Assembly (NCBI GenBank): GCA_963836755.1
Contig: CAWIKF010000002.1
Location: forward strand, 128,001 to 192,000
Origin: an uncultured Verrucomicrobiae bacterium
GTDB taxonomy: Bacteria > Verrucomicrobiota > Verrucomicrobiia > Chthoniobacterales > Chthoniobacteraceae
Direction of reading: 5' to 3'
Length of the DNA: 64,000 bases
Below, piece by piece: positions 46,401-56,088 of the stretch. Each line of letters begins with the position of its first letter. Position 1 is the first letter of the stretch. Position numbers and translations under genes: made by a program. The notes beneath the pieces were generated by a model. The model was not told the DNA's origin, did no database searches, and saw nothing but the letters and a program-made list of their open reading frames with translations.

Positions 46401-46737
46401 GGAAAAAGGCCGCCAGGTATACCTGGAACTCGCCGACGCAAAAAATCTCGCACACGTCTTCGTCAACGGAAAAGACCTCGGCGTTTTGTGGAAGCCGCCC
46501 TTCCGCGCGGACATCACCGACGCCGTGAAAGCTGGAACCAATCACCTCGAGATCAAAGTTACAAATCTTTGGCCCAACCGTTTGATCGGCGATCAAAAAT
46601 TGCCTGAGGACAAGCGCGTCACATGGGCCAGCGTTTCGTTTTACAAAGCGAATTCTCCACTGCTTCCGTCGGGCTTGCTCGGCCCGGTCGCGATCATTCC
46701 GGCGCAGAAAGTTTCGATCCCGCTGGCTGCGAAATAA
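43414..46737 (+). CDS. Alpha-L-rhamnosidase, GH106
   Basis: PWTWWHWISGNVSKEGITADLEAMK..GLGG, GWSESGGPW, DSWE, PMGEFW, NLWPNRLIGD, PSGLLGPV. Confidence 0.88.
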   Translation: MMQKMMRVACVALSAICATSPAKEPADKLADQFIHPPESAKPWTWWHWISGNVSKEGITADLEAMKEIGLGGAQIFTVDQSDVRGPIKFMSPEWRALVKHALAEAKRLHLTISMEGCDGWSESGGPWVTPAESMQKVVWSERQVTGGTKVPLDLPQPTTLRDFYEDIALYAFPALESPAQMASAKVTASDPNFDGTKILTAEGHPAPLNFDTPDAPAWIQLEFPKAATFSSVRLLANRERPPTAWEVQASDNGTQFTKISAVQAGGSAIFAPATARFFRVWRPNAPKNVAHFAVTSLTFSRVPAGKLETLSGMSSSIDATQFVEATVPDSDKIDPKSLVNLTGKHEWDAPAGAWTLIRIGHTSTGATTHPSTAAGLECNKLSATAVTHHIENMFGPVFADSPGLVGDPLHYILLDSWEAGCENWTPKMAADFQKRRGYDLTQWLPALAGKVVGSWEKTQRFLWDYRRTLADLVAEEHYETIQNFAHQHQMGLASEATGDGMPTVADQLLCKKYTDIPMGEFWVNATRETNIDDPKEAACAAHIYGQNVAGAESFTSVPNTAAWKNDPYSLKALGDEEFCVGINRFIFHRYAHQPWLDRVPGMSMGPWGINFERTNTWWEPGAAWISYITRCQNLLQLGKFQADLCYFYGEGVPIRVHHKALNPPLPAGYDYDVCNADVLLHSMTVENGLIKLASGMTYRALVLPATDRMTLPVLKKIESLVKAGATIYGQKPLHSPTLSGGDQDAALGKLANEIWGACDGTTVTENVCGKGKIVCGEPLEKVLQVGPDFSFAQGDFLFIHRKIGDADVYFVSNQQPQEITTELTFRVAGKIPELWHPDSASEQTAALFKSDKSTTTLPLHFDPTGSMFVIFRHNAPASAPMPELKLDGAKVWADNDSPPTTLPSLNKGAVEFDAFKNGTYELSNGSQSRDAVVKSLPKPLELSGPWNVIFPPKLGAPASASFDHLISWTESPEDGVKYFSGTATYQKDFSVSSDYVEKGRQVYLELADAKNLAHVFVNGKDLGVLWKPPFRADITDAVKAGTNHLEIKVTNLWPNRLIGDQKLPEDKRVTWASVSFYKANSPLLPSGLLGPVAIIPAQKVSIPLAAK

Positions 46738-46740
46738 CGG

Positions 46741-47781
46741 CTAGACGCGCGCGAGTTTGATCGGATACGTGCGGCCCGAATTCCACTGCGCGACGTAGAT
46801 GCTTTCCTCATCGTCAACCACCAGCCCATGCGGATGCGTGAAAAGGCTGGAGGTGCGCTGCAACGGCGCGAGCTGGCCTTCCGCACTGTAAACCGGCGGT
46901 GCTCCGGCGGGGTTGGACACGACGCGGTCGTGAGTGTCGAAGATGCTGACGAAGCCGGAACTTTTCGCATCGCGCATGCGCAGTTGCGCGACATAGGCGG
47001 CTCCGTTTTTGAAAGTGATGTCGCACGGCAGCGCATTCGGCAGCGCGATTTCGCTGAGATATTTTCCATCGAGGCTGAAGCGTTTGATCGAGCAATCCTG
47101 CCGCGACGTGACCAGCAGCGTCGGATTCTTCGGATCGCGAAGATCGATTTCGCCGCCGTGCGCTTCGTTGATATTTTCCGGGGCCTTGCCACGTCCGCCG
47201 AAGATATTTTTCAGATCACCCGTCGGGCTGTAATGCAAAATCAGCGACGTGCCGTAGCCGTCCATCACGTAAAAATCTCCGTCCGGCCGCACGGCCACAT
47301 CGGTCGGCTTAAAGTCGCCGCCGCGCGCGAACTTCCCGCTTTCAAACGGCGCGTCGAGCTTGAGCAGAATTTTCCCATCCATCGTTGTTTTAAACACCTG
47401 ATGGCGGTCGTAATCGGTGATGAACAAAAATTCCTCTCCGTTTTCATTCACCAGCGTCAGCCCGTGCGCGCCCGGAAAATCGTGGCCCCAGGTGCCGAGC
47501 AGCTTCCCGGCTTTGTCGTAGATCACCACATTGTTGCGCGTCTCGTTCGTCAGCAGGAGCAGTCGTCCGCGCCGGTCCTGCACCATCGCGTGGCAATCGT
47601 TGACCGGCGTCTCCGCACCAAGCACGCCCCAGCCTGGAACGACGCGGTATCGGTAGCTGCCGTGACCGAGCACTGCGGAATCTTCCGCGGCGTCGGCAGC
47701 AAATAAATGGCCCGCGTATGCCGCGCCCACACTCAGCGCAGTCGTTCGCAGAAAATCGCGGCGGGAGAATTTCGTGTTAAT
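46741..47781 (-). CDS. Tat-exported NHL-repeat six-bladed beta-propeller (PAL-like); apparent ATT start
   Basis: AHGL, PTDVAV..DG..Y..DGYG, HPHGL repeats; in-frame SRRDFL upstream of the first GTG (47730). Confidence 0.8.
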   Translation of the reverse strand: MNTKFSRRDFLRTTALSVGAAYAGHLFAADAAEDSAVLGHGSYRYRVVPGWGVLGAETPVNDCHAMVQDRRGRLLLLTNETRNNVVIYDKAGKLLGTWGHDFPGAHGLTLVNENGEEFLFITDYDRHQVFKTTMDGKILLKLDAPFESGKFARGGDFKPTDVAVRPDGDFYVMDGYGTSLILHYSPTGDLKNIFGGRGKAPENINEAHGGEIDLRDPKNPTLLVTSRQDCSIKRFSLDGKYLSEIALPNALPCDITFKNGAAYVAQLRMRDAKSSGFVSIFDTHDRVVSNPAGAPPVYSAEGQLAPLQRTSSLFTHPHGLVVDDEESIYVAQWNSGRTYPIKLARV

Positions 47782-47790
47782 AGCCGCGCC

Positions 47791-48144
47791 TTATTTGCGA
47801 TGATGAACGCCCGCGTCCATCGCGCTATGCAACTCTGCGATGGCATGATTGATCTTGTCCGTCATCTCCGGCTTTTTTCCAGCTTTGGCCAGCTCCGTCG
47901 CTTCGGCTACCAGATCCTTTGCCTCATCTCTTTTGCCTTTCCGATTGAGGACTGCTTTGTCCAAATCTTTCATGGCTTCGTCGAGTTTTGGCAAAGGGTC
48001 GGTCGCCGCCTTTGCGGCTTCCAGCGCCTCGATCGCTGCGCGCACGTTTGGCGCTGCGGCCGCGGCGGCAATGACGTGGCCTTGCATGCAGGTGAGAGAA
48101 ACCAAAACGAGAAAAGCGGCAAATCGGGCGGGAAATCTTTTCAT
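47791..48144 (-). CDS. Small exported helical hypothetical protein
   Basis: Signal peptide MKRFPARF..; Ala/Lys/Glu-rich helices. Confidence 0.75.
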   Translation of the reverse strand: MKRFPARFAAFLVLVSLTCMQGHVIAAAAAAPNVRAAIEALEAAKAATDPLPKLDEAMKDLDKAVLNRKGKRDEAKDLVAEATELAKAGKKPEMTDKINHAIAELHSAMDAGVHHRK

Positions 48145-48305
48145 AAGTCCGTAGTATAAATGATCGCCCAGCAGGTCAAGTGACACTTTTGTAACGTGTC
48201 TGAATGCGAGAAACTAAAGGACATGATGACCAGTGTGAAAAAGTCTCCGCTATTCAAAAATAAGCTGCGTCGCGACGACGACGCCTTTAAGATCGCGCTT
48301 CTGTC

Positions 48306-49886
48306 GTGAGTCAAAATCCCCAGCCGCGCCGGCTTCCCGGCGGAATACTTTTGATTTGTTTGTGCAGCCTCGGCACGCTCGCGCTGCTTCCGTTTTTGCA
48401 ACTTGGCAACGGCACCGATGTGCCAACGTTCGCGCTTTTTCTCGGACGTTTTCATCCCGTGATTCTGCACGTGCCGATCGGACTGATCATCCTGGCAGTC
48501 GCGCTCGAGCACGCGCATTGGGCTGGCGTGCGGCGTTGGATTCCGAAAGCGCCGCCCGGCACTTCGACTTTTCTTATTTTCTTTGCGGCGATGAGCGCGC
48601 TGCTTTCCACGCTGCTGGGCTGGCTGCTTTCCTACAGCGGCGGCTACGATCCGGCGCTGCTCGCGCGGCATTTTTACGCCGGTCTCGCGACCGCAATCGG
48701 TGTGAATCTGGCGCTGCTGCTGAAGATTTTCGCGGACGCCAAACCGGCGCGCCGCTCGCTCACCATCGCGTATGAAATCGTGCTGATTCTGACCGGAGGC
48801 TGCCTCGCGCTCGCCGGGCATTACGGCGCGGACATCACGCACGGCGAAGATTATTTGACCGAATATGCGCCGAATCCCGTCCGCCGGTTGCTCGGCCTGC
48901 CGCTGCGCCTGAACCTCGCGGATCAGCCTGTGAAGCCACTTCCCGAGCGCGTCGCGTTTGCCGAAGTCGTCGCGCCGATCCTCGCCGAGCGCTGCGTCGG
49001 CTGCCACAGCGGGCAAAAAGCGAAAGGCGGCTTGCGGCTCGATCGCTACGATCTCGTCATGAAAGGCGGCGAGAGCGGCGCGTCGGTAATCGTCGGTGAG
49101 CCGGCGAAAAGTGAGTTGCTGCGGCGGATTGATTTGCCGCTCGACAACGAGAAACACATGCCGCCGAAAGGGAAGACGCAGCCGACTGACGACGAGATGG
49201 CCGTTTTAAATTGGTGGATCCAGGCCGGCGTGCCGGACGACAAGCGCATCGGCGAATTGAACGTGCCGAAGGAAGTTTTGCTCGCGATGGATCGCGCGAC
49301 GCCGGAGCCGATTCGCGAGAAGCTCGACGCGGCGCGGCGCGAAAAAGCGCAACAGCAGCAAGCGCTGCTCACGGAGCTGCGGAAAAAAGTTCCGGGCCTG
49401 ATCAGGCCGCTGGTGCCCGGCCAGCCGGAGCTCGATTACTCCGCGGGCATGAGTTTCGCGGATTTCGGCGACGAGCAACTGCGCGAGCTCGCGGTGGTCG
49501 GCGAAAATCTTGTGCAACTCGATTTGGCCCGCACCAAAATCACCGACGCGGGGTTACAAGCTCTAGCCAAAATGCCGAATCTCGCGCATCTCGAACTCGA
49601 AAAAACTGCGATTGGCGACGCTGGGCTCGCTTTCGTGAAGACGCTGCCAAAGCTCGAAGTTTTAAACCTTTACGGCACGAGCGTGACGGACAAAGGCGTG
49701 GAAATGCTCGCCGGGATGAAGACGCTGCGCCGGCTGTATCTTTTCCACACTGCCGTCACCGACGCGGAGGAAAAGCGGCTGCACAAGGCCTTGCCAAAGC
49801 TCGAAATTGTGCGAAAGGAATTGGCCACCGCGCCACCGGTGGCGAGCCCGTCGCCAAAAGGTTTGCCCTCCCCTGGGAAGCAATGA
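48306..49886 (+). CDS. Membrane protein: DUF2231-like TM region + planctomycete cytochrome c + leucine-rich repeats
   Basis: GRFHPVILHVPIG, GHYGADITHG, CVGCH, MPP, LxLxxTxITDxGL repeats. Confidence 0.85.
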   Translation: MSQNPQPRRLPGGILLICLCSLGTLALLPFLQLGNGTDVPTFALFLGRFHPVILHVPIGLIILAVALEHAHWAGVRRWIPKAPPGTSTFLIFFAAMSALLSTLLGWLLSYSGGYDPALLARHFYAGLATAIGVNLALLLKIFADAKPARRSLTIAYEIVLILTGGCLALAGHYGADITHGEDYLTEYAPNPVRRLLGLPLRLNLADQPVKPLPERVAFAEVVAPILAERCVGCHSGQKAKGGLRLDRYDLVMKGGESGASVIVGEPAKSELLRRIDLPLDNEKHMPPKGKTQPTDDEMAVLNWWIQAGVPDDKRIGELNVPKEVLLAMDRATPEPIREKLDAARREKAQQQQALLTELRKKVPGLIRPLVPGQPELDYSAGMSFADFGDEQLRELAVVGENLVQLDLARTKITDAGLQALAKMPNLAHLELEKTAIGDAGLAFVKTLPKLEVLNLYGTSVTDKGVEMLAGMKTLRRLYLFHTAVTDAEEKRLHKALPKLEIVRKELATAPPVASPSPKGLPSPGKQ

Positions 49887-52800
49887 AAAAGTTCGCCAGC
49901 ATCCTCATTATCATCGTCGTCTCTGCCAGCGTGCTCGCGCTGTCGCGCGCCGGTTTTATTTCGTTCAAGCACACGAAAAGCGAGAACGTGGTGAGCGCCG
50001 AGGATGCATCGCTGCCGAAGGTCATTACCTTTAGCGAAAATATCGAGCCGGTGCTTTCGGATAACTGCTACCATTGCCACGGGCCTGACACGACCGCGCG
50101 CAAAGCCGATCTGCGGCTCGACCGCCCGGATCTCGCGTTCGCGCCGCGGAAGGATGGGCAGCCGGTGATCATACGCGGCAATCCCAGCGCGAGTGCGATG
50201 ATCAAGCGCATCACCTCGAAGGATCCCAATCAAATGATGCCGCCGCCCGATTCGCGCCGGCAATTGACGCCGCAGCAAATCGCGCTGCTGACGCGCTGGG
50301 TGAAAGAAGGCGCGGTTTACCAGGAGCATTGGTCGTTCACCGCGCCGATACGGCCGCAGGTGCCGGATGTCGCGCAGAAGGATTGGCCGAAAAATCCGAT
50401 CGATCATTTCGTGCTCGCGAAACTGGAGCAAAACGGTCTCGCGCCCGAAGCGCCGGCCGACAAGCGTGCGCTGATCCGTCGCGTTTCGCTCGACCTCATC
50501 GGGTTGCCGCCGACGCCGGAGGAAGTGGAAAATTTTGTCAAGGACGACGCTCCGAATGCCTACGAAAAAGTCGTCGATCGCCTGCTCGCGAATCCGCATT
50601 ACGGCGAGCACGAAGCAACCTACTGGCTCGACGGCGCGCGCTACGCAGACACGCACGGGCTGCACTTTGACGATTACCGCTCGATCTGGCCGTATCGCGA
50701 CTGGGTCATCAACGCGTTAAACAACAATGAACGGTTTGATCAATTCACGGTCGAGCAGCTCGCCGGCGATTTGTTGCCGAATGCAACCATTGAACAAAAA
50801 ACCGCGACCGGTTTCATCCGCTGCGGCGTCTCGACGAATGAAGGCGGCTCAATCGCCGATGAGGTGCTGGCGAGCTATGCGAAGGATAATGTCGAGACGG
50901 TCTCGACAGTTTTCACCGGCCTGACGATGGGCTGCTGCGCGTGCCACGACCATAAGTTTGATCCGATCACGCAGAAGGAATTTTACCAGTTCTCCGCGTT
51001 CTTTCGGAACACGACGCAGAAAGCGCTCGACGGGAATGTTGAGGATACGCCGCCGTCGATTCGCATCGTGGCAAAGGCAGATTTGCCGCGCTGGGATGCG
51101 CTGCCGGGCGAGATGACCGCGACGCAAAAAGAACTCGATGATCGGACGAAGCTCGCGAAAAAAGAAGTGGCCGAGCTGCGAAAGTCGGTCGCGGCCGACA
51201 CGAAATTCAAGCCGATCAGCACGGACAAACTTGATCTGCGGCTGCTGTTGAATGAAGGCCACGACGCGAGCGTCGCCAGCTCGACCGCCGTCAATTTTCA
51301 AATCACCGGCAACCTGAAATGGATGGCGGGTTTGTTCGGCAGCGCGCCGGTTTTTGCCGGCGAAAATTATGCGCAGCTCGGCAACGTCGGCGACTTTGAT
51401 GCCAGCGATTCTTTTTCCTTCGGCGCATGGGTCCGCTTCACCGGAAAACCGAATGGCGCACTGCTCGCGCGCGTGGATGCGGACAATAATTTGCGCGGCT
51501 GGGAGCTAGCATTCCGGGACGGCAAAGTCGTCGCGGAGCTCAACAACTTTGTTCCCAATAATGCGCTGAAAGTCGTGACTGAGAAGCCGCTCGTGCCGGG
51601 CGCCTGGCAGCATGTTTTCGTCACATACGATGGCAAGAGCAAAGCGGCTGGCGTCAAAATTTATGTCAACGCGATGCCGGTGCCGACAAAGTCCGAAACC
51701 AACAGCCTGACCGAAACGATCCGGACGGCCGCGCAACTTCAGCTCGGCCGCAGCACCGGTGATGAAGCGGGCTTGAAGGACTTTTCGGCGCAAGATGTGC
51801 GCATTTACCATCGCGCGCTTTCCATGAACGAAGTGAAGATTTTGGCCGGCGATGAAGCCGCGCATGCAATCCTGACGGCGGTGCCAGGCGAGTGGAGCAG
51901 CGAGCAGCAGAAGATCGTTCTGAATTATTATTTGCAGAAGTTTGATCCCGCTTTCGCCGCCGCGGAAAAGAAGCTGGCGGGGTTGAAAGCAGAGCAGGAA
52001 GAAATTCGCAAGCGCAGCCCGGCAACACTCGTCGAGGATGAAAAACCGGATGCGCCGTTTGCCTACGTGCTGAAGCGCGGCCAATACGATCAGCCGGGTG
52101 AAAAAGTTGCCGCGGGCACGCCGAGTGTGCTGCCGCCAATGCTGAAGGATGAGCCGGACAACCGCCTCGGCCTCGCGAAATGGCTCGTGGCGCCGACGAA
52201 TCCGCTGCTCGCGCGCGTGACGGTAAATCGCTTTTGGCAGCAACTTTTCGGCATCGGCATCGTGCGCACGAGCGAGGATTTCGGCATCCAGGGCGACCGG
52301 CCGATCAACCAGCCGCTGCTCGATTGGCTGGCGGTTGAATTCCGTGAGTCTGGCTGGGACGTGAAGCACGTATTCAAATTGATGGTGATGTCCGCGGCAT
52401 ATCAGCAGGACGATCGGATCACGGCGCAAAAGCGCGAAAAAGATCCGGAAAATCGCCTCGTCTCGCGCGGGCCGCGTTTTCGTCTCGATGGCGAAACGAT
52501 CCGCGACCAGGCACTCGCGGTGAGTGGTTTGTTGGTGCCGAAAATCGGTGGCCCGCCGGTGAAAACGTATCAGCCGATCAATATCTGGGAGCCGATCAGC
52601 ATGCCGAACTCGACCACTGGGGTTTACATGCAGGATCATGGCGAAGCGCTTTATCGCCGCAGCATTTACATGCTCTGGAAACGGATGGCGCCGCAGCCGG
52701 AGCTCGAGACTTTCGGCACGCCCTCACGCGTCGCCTGCACAGTCCGCCGGACGCCGACGAACACGCCGCTGCAAGCGCTCGTGACGATGAATGATCCGCA

Positions 52801-53104
52801 GTATGTCGAGGCCGCGCGGCAGTTTGCGGTCAACGCCATCCACGCTGCGCCGTCGCCCGCCGCGAGGCTTGACTACATGTCCGAGCACTTGCTGGCACGG
52901 CCTTTGGAAGAAAAGGAAAGGGCGATCCTGCTCGCCAGCGCGGAAAAGTTTAGCGGCATCTTCGCGAAGAAACCCGAGGCCGCGACTGACCTGATCCACA
53001 CGGGCGAAACCGCGCCGGCGACCGACGTGCCCGCGCCTGAGCAAGCCGCATGGACGATGGTCGCGAGCCAATTTTTCAATCTCGACGAAGCATTAAATAA
53101 GTAA
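49883..53104 (+). CDS. PSCyt1 + DUF1549 + LamG-like + DUF1553 protein
   Basis: [59 protein letters not shown]. Confidence 0.9.
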   Translation: MKKFASILIIIVVSASVLALSRAGFISFKHTKSENVVSAEDASLPKVITFSENIEPVLSDNCYHCHGPDTTARKADLRLDRPDLAFAPRKDGQPVIIRGNPSASAMIKRITSKDPNQMMPPPDSRRQLTPQQIALLTRWVKEGAVYQEHWSFTAPIRPQVPDVAQKDWPKNPIDHFVLAKLEQNGLAPEAPADKRALIRRVSLDLIGLPPTPEEVENFVKDDAPNAYEKVVDRLLANPHYGEHEATYWLDGARYADTHGLHFDDYRSIWPYRDWVINALNNNERFDQFTVEQLAGDLLPNATIEQKTATGFIRCGVSTNEGGSIADEVLASYAKDNVETVSTVFTGLTMGCCACHDHKFDPITQKEFYQFSAFFRNTTQKALDGNVEDTPPSIRIVAKADLPRWDALPGEMTATQKELDDRTKLAKKEVAELRKSVAADTKFKPISTDKLDLRLLLNEGHDASVASSTAVNFQITGNLKWMAGLFGSAPVFAGENYAQLGNVGDFDASDSFSFGAWVRFTGKPNGALLARVDADNNLRGWELAFRDGKVVAELNNFVPNNALKVVTEKPLVPGAWQHVFVTYDGKSKAAGVKIYVNAMPVPTKSETNSLTETIRTAAQLQLGRSTGDEAGLKDFSAQDVRIYHRALSMNEVKILAGDEAAHAILTAVPGEWSSEQQKIVLNYYLQKFDPAFAAAEKKLAGLKAEQEEIRKRSPATLVEDEKPDAPFAYVLKRGQYDQPGEKVAAGTPSVLPPMLKDEPDNRLGLAKWLVAPTNPLLARVTVNRFWQQLFGIGIVRTSEDFGIQGDRPINQPLLDWLAVEFRESGWDVKHVFKLMVMSAAYQQDDRITAQKREKDPENRLVSRGPRFRLDGETIRDQALAVSGLLVPKIGGPPVKTYQPINIWEPISMPNSTTGVYMQDHGEALYRRSIYMLWKRMAPQPELETFGTPSRVACTVRRTPTNTPLQALVTMNDPQYVEAARQFAVNAIHAAPSPAARLDYMSEHLLARPLEEKERAILLASAEKFSGIFAKKPEAATDLIHTGETAPATDVPAPEQAAWTMVASQFFNLDEALNK

Positions 53105-53120
53105 CCAGCCGCGTTTCCTC

Positions 53121-54599
53121 ATGGACCCATTCGATCTCATCCATCAGCAATACAACCGCCGCCAGTTCTTCGGCAAAGCCGCAAAGGGTCTCGGCGGCGC
53201 GGCGCTCGCCTCCATGCTCGGCCAGTCGTTCTTCTCGCAGCTCGCGCGCGCGGCCGCTGTCGGCGATACCGATGCGATCACCGCGGCGCTCCCCAATTTT
53301 GCGCCGAAGGCGAAACGCGCCATCTACCTCTTCATGGCCGGCGCGCCATCGCAGATCGACATGTGGGATTACAAGCCCGGCCTCACAGCCCGCTTCGACA
53401 CGGATCTGCCCGGCTCCATCCGCAACGGCCAGCGCCTCACCGGCATGACCGCGAACCAGACGCGCTTTCCAGTCGCACCCTCGATTTTCAAGTTTGCCCA
53501 GCATGGCAAATCCGGCACGTGGGTCAGCGAGCTGCTCCCATGGACGGCGAAAGTCGTGGACGACCTCGCCATCATCAAGACCGTCTGGACCGATGCGATC
53601 AACCACGAGCCGGCCATCACTTTCATCCAGACCGGCAACATGAACGCCGGAAAACCTTGCCTCGGCTCTTGGGTTTCCTACGGCCTCGGCACGCTCAACG
53701 AGAACCTGCCGACGTTCGTCGTCCTGACGTCAAAGTTCAGCAACAAGAAAAACACGCAGGCGCTTTCCGCGCGGCTATGGTCCTCCGGCTTCCTGCCCTC
53801 TCAGCACGCGGGCGTCGCCCTTCGCGGCTCGGGCGATCCGGTGCTGTATTTGAGCGACCCGCACGGTATCGACCGCGAGACGCGCCGCTTCATGATCGAT
53901 GGCGTCGATGCGCTCAACGAACTCGAACAGGAGCGTGTCGGCGACCCGGAAATCGAAGCGCGCATCTCGCAGTATGAGATGGCGTTTCGCATGCAAGCCT
54001 CCGTCCCCGAGCTCACCGATATCTCCGGTGAAAGTCCGGAAACCTACGACCTCTACGGCCCCGACGTGAAAGAGCCCGGCACCTTCACCTCAAATTGCCT
54101 TCTCGCCCGCCGCCTCGTCGAGCGCGGCTCACGTTTCGTGCAAATTTTCCACCGCGGCTGGGATCACCACTCCGATCTCCCGGCCGAACTCCGGCTGGAA
54201 TGCGCCGACATCGACCAAGCCTGCTACGGCCTCATCACCGATCTCAAGCAACGCGGCATGCTCGAGGACACGCTCGTCATTTGGGGCGGCGAATTTGGCC
54301 GCACCGTTTATTCACAAGGCAAACTCACGCAGACGAACTACGGCCGCGACCACCATCCGCGCTGCTTCACCATGTGGATGGCCGGCGCGGGCATCAAAGC
54401 CGGCACCAGCTACGGAATCACCGACGACTATTGCTACAACATCGTCGAAAATCCCGTTCACATCCGCGACCTCAACGCCACCATCCTCAATCAATTCGGC
54501 ATCGACGCGGAGCGCTTCACTTTCAAGTTCCAAGGGCTCGACCAGCGCCTCATCGGCCCTGATTCGGGCACCAAAGTGATCAAAGAAATTCTCGCGTAG
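53121..54599 (+). CDS. DUF1501 (sulfatase-fold) Tat-exported protein
   Basis: [43 protein letters not shown]. Confidence 0.92.
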   Translation: MDPFDLIHQQYNRRQFFGKAAKGLGGAALASMLGQSFFSQLARAAAVGDTDAITAALPNFAPKAKRAIYLFMAGAPSQIDMWDYKPGLTARFDTDLPGSIRNGQRLTGMTANQTRFPVAPSIFKFAQHGKSGTWVSELLPWTAKVVDDLAIIKTVWTDAINHEPAITFIQTGNMNAGKPCLGSWVSYGLGTLNENLPTFVVLTSKFSNKKNTQALSARLWSSGFLPSQHAGVALRGSGDPVLYLSDPHGIDRETRRFMIDGVDALNELEQERVGDPEIEARISQYEMAFRMQASVPELTDISGESPETYDLYGPDVKEPGTFTSNCLLARRLVERGSRFVQIFHRGWDHHSDLPAELRLECADIDQACYGLITDLKQRGMLEDTLVIWGGEFGRTVYSQGKLTQTNYGRDHHPRCFTMWMAGAGIKAGTSYGITDDYCYNIVENPVHIRDLNATILNQFGIDAERFTFKFQGLDQRLIGPDSGTKVIKEILA

Positions 54600-54639
54600 C
54601 CAGCTACGAATCGCGATTCCGCCAGCGACGCAACTGGCG

Positions 54640-56088
54640 TCAAAGTTTGTAATACTGTTCCCAACCCGGCCGCGGCGGGACGCCCGCGAGAAGCCCGTTT
54701 GCGACTTTGTGATTCGTGATCTGCTTCGTGTCGCGATCGAAGGCGAGCTTCGCATTCACGCGCTGCGCGACCACGCCGAGCGCCATCGTCTGGCAAAGCG
54801 GACCGGCGATCGCGAACGGCGAGCGGGTTTGCTCCTCGCCCTTGCACGCGAGCAGAAAGTTTTTCCAATGATTCGAAGGGCTCTTCGGCACATCTGGAAG
54901 TTTTGACGCCATCTCTTTCGCTTTCGATTCGGGGATGATCTTCAGCGTCGAGCCGTGCGAACCTCCTTTGAAAGTCAGGTCCTCGCCGTAAATGACCTTG
55001 CCAGGCGGAATCGCCGTCGTGCTTAGCGAACCTTTCGACGGGGGCGGGATGTTTGGATCGACGACGGCCGCGCCGAACCCTTCGGGGAGCGGCGGCAAAT
55101 TCTTCACGCCGTCATACCACGTCAACTCCACCGGCGGCATCGTGCCGCGCGCGGGGAATTTGAACAAAAGCGTCGAGGCCTGCGGAAAGATGAATGGATT
55201 CGGTCCGTCGAGTTTCACCGCATCGACCTCGGTCGGCAAACCCATCTCCAGAAATTGATGCGCGGTGTCGAACATGTGCGCGCCCCAGTCGCCGAGAGCG
55301 CCGTTGCCGAAATCGAACCAGGAACGCCAGTCGCCGTGGGTGTAACCGACGTTGTATTTGTGCTGCTCCGCTGTCTCCAGCCAGACATCCCAGTCGAGCG
55401 TCTCCGGGATCGCCTGTTCCGGCAGATAGCCGTCGACTTTCATCCCGTGCCAACGCCGCTTGAGGTTCATGAACGCCGTGATGCGCGTCACGTTTTTGAT
55501 GATCCCTGCCTTCGTCCACGCCTTAAATTGAAAATAGTTCGCCTCGGAGTGCCCTTGGTTGCCCATCTGCGCGTGCACTCCATATTTTTTCTCGGCCGCC
55601 ATCATCAACTCGATCTGCCGAAAACTGTGGCCCATCGGTTTCTCGCAATAGATGTGCTTGCCGAGCGACATCGCGAGCATCGCGATCGGGAAATGCGAAA
55701 AGTCGGGCGTGCCGACGCTCACCGCCTCGATCTCCTTTCCCATCTTGTCGAACATCTGCCGGAAATCCTGGAAGCGCGGCACGTTCGGAAACTTTTTTAA
55801 AATCGGGAGCGTGTGCGGCGCGCCCATGTCGGTATCGCAAAAGGCGACAATGTTCGCGAGGCCAGTCGCGAAAAGAGCGTTCACGTCTTCGCCGCCGCGA
55901 TTGCCGATGCCGCAGCAGGCGAGGTTGACTTTTCCGCTCGGCGATGCGCTTGAAATCGCGGAACCGTCCGCGGCGAAAAGCCGTCGCGGCGTGAAGATTG
56001 ACGCCGCTCCCAGCGTTGCGACGCCTTTCAGAAAAGTGCGCCGATGCATCGCCGCAGCAGGAGTGATTTTTGGATCAGGCGCGCTCAT
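54640..56088 (-). CDS. Tat-exported Gfo/Idh/MocA oxidoreductase
   Basis: RRTFL, GIGNRG, TPDFSH, YCEKP, QMGNQG, GALGDWGAH. Confidence 0.92.
   Translation of the reverse strand: MSAPDPKITPAAAMHRRTFLKGVATLGAASIFTPRRLFAADGSAISSASPSGKVNLACCGIGNRGGEDVNALFATGLANIVAFCDTDMGAPHTLPILKKFPNVPRFQDFRQMFDKMGKEIEAVSVGTPDFSHFPIAMLAMSLGKHIYCEKPMGHSFRQIELMMAAEKKYGVHAQMGNQGHSEANYFQFKAWTKAGIIKNVTRITAFMNLKRRWHGMKVDGYLPEQAIPETLDWDVWLETAEQHKYNVGYTHGDWRSWFDFGNGALGDWGAHMFDTAHQFLEMGLPTEVDAVKLDGPNPFIFPQASTLLFKFPARGTMPPVELTWYDGVKNLPPLPEGFGAAVVDPNIPPPSKGSLSTTAIPPGKVIYGEDLTFKGGSHGSTLKIIPESKAKEMASKLPDVPKSPSNHWKNFLLACKGEEQTRSPFAIAGPLCQTMALGVVAQRVNAKLAFDRDTKQITNHKVANGLLAGVPPRPGWEQYYKL

Noticed and set aside
49211..49882. N-terminal extension of the 1297-aa ORF
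   Set aside because: Overlaps the LRR-cytochrome gene; ATG 49883 has an ATGA overlap and a signal/anchor sequence
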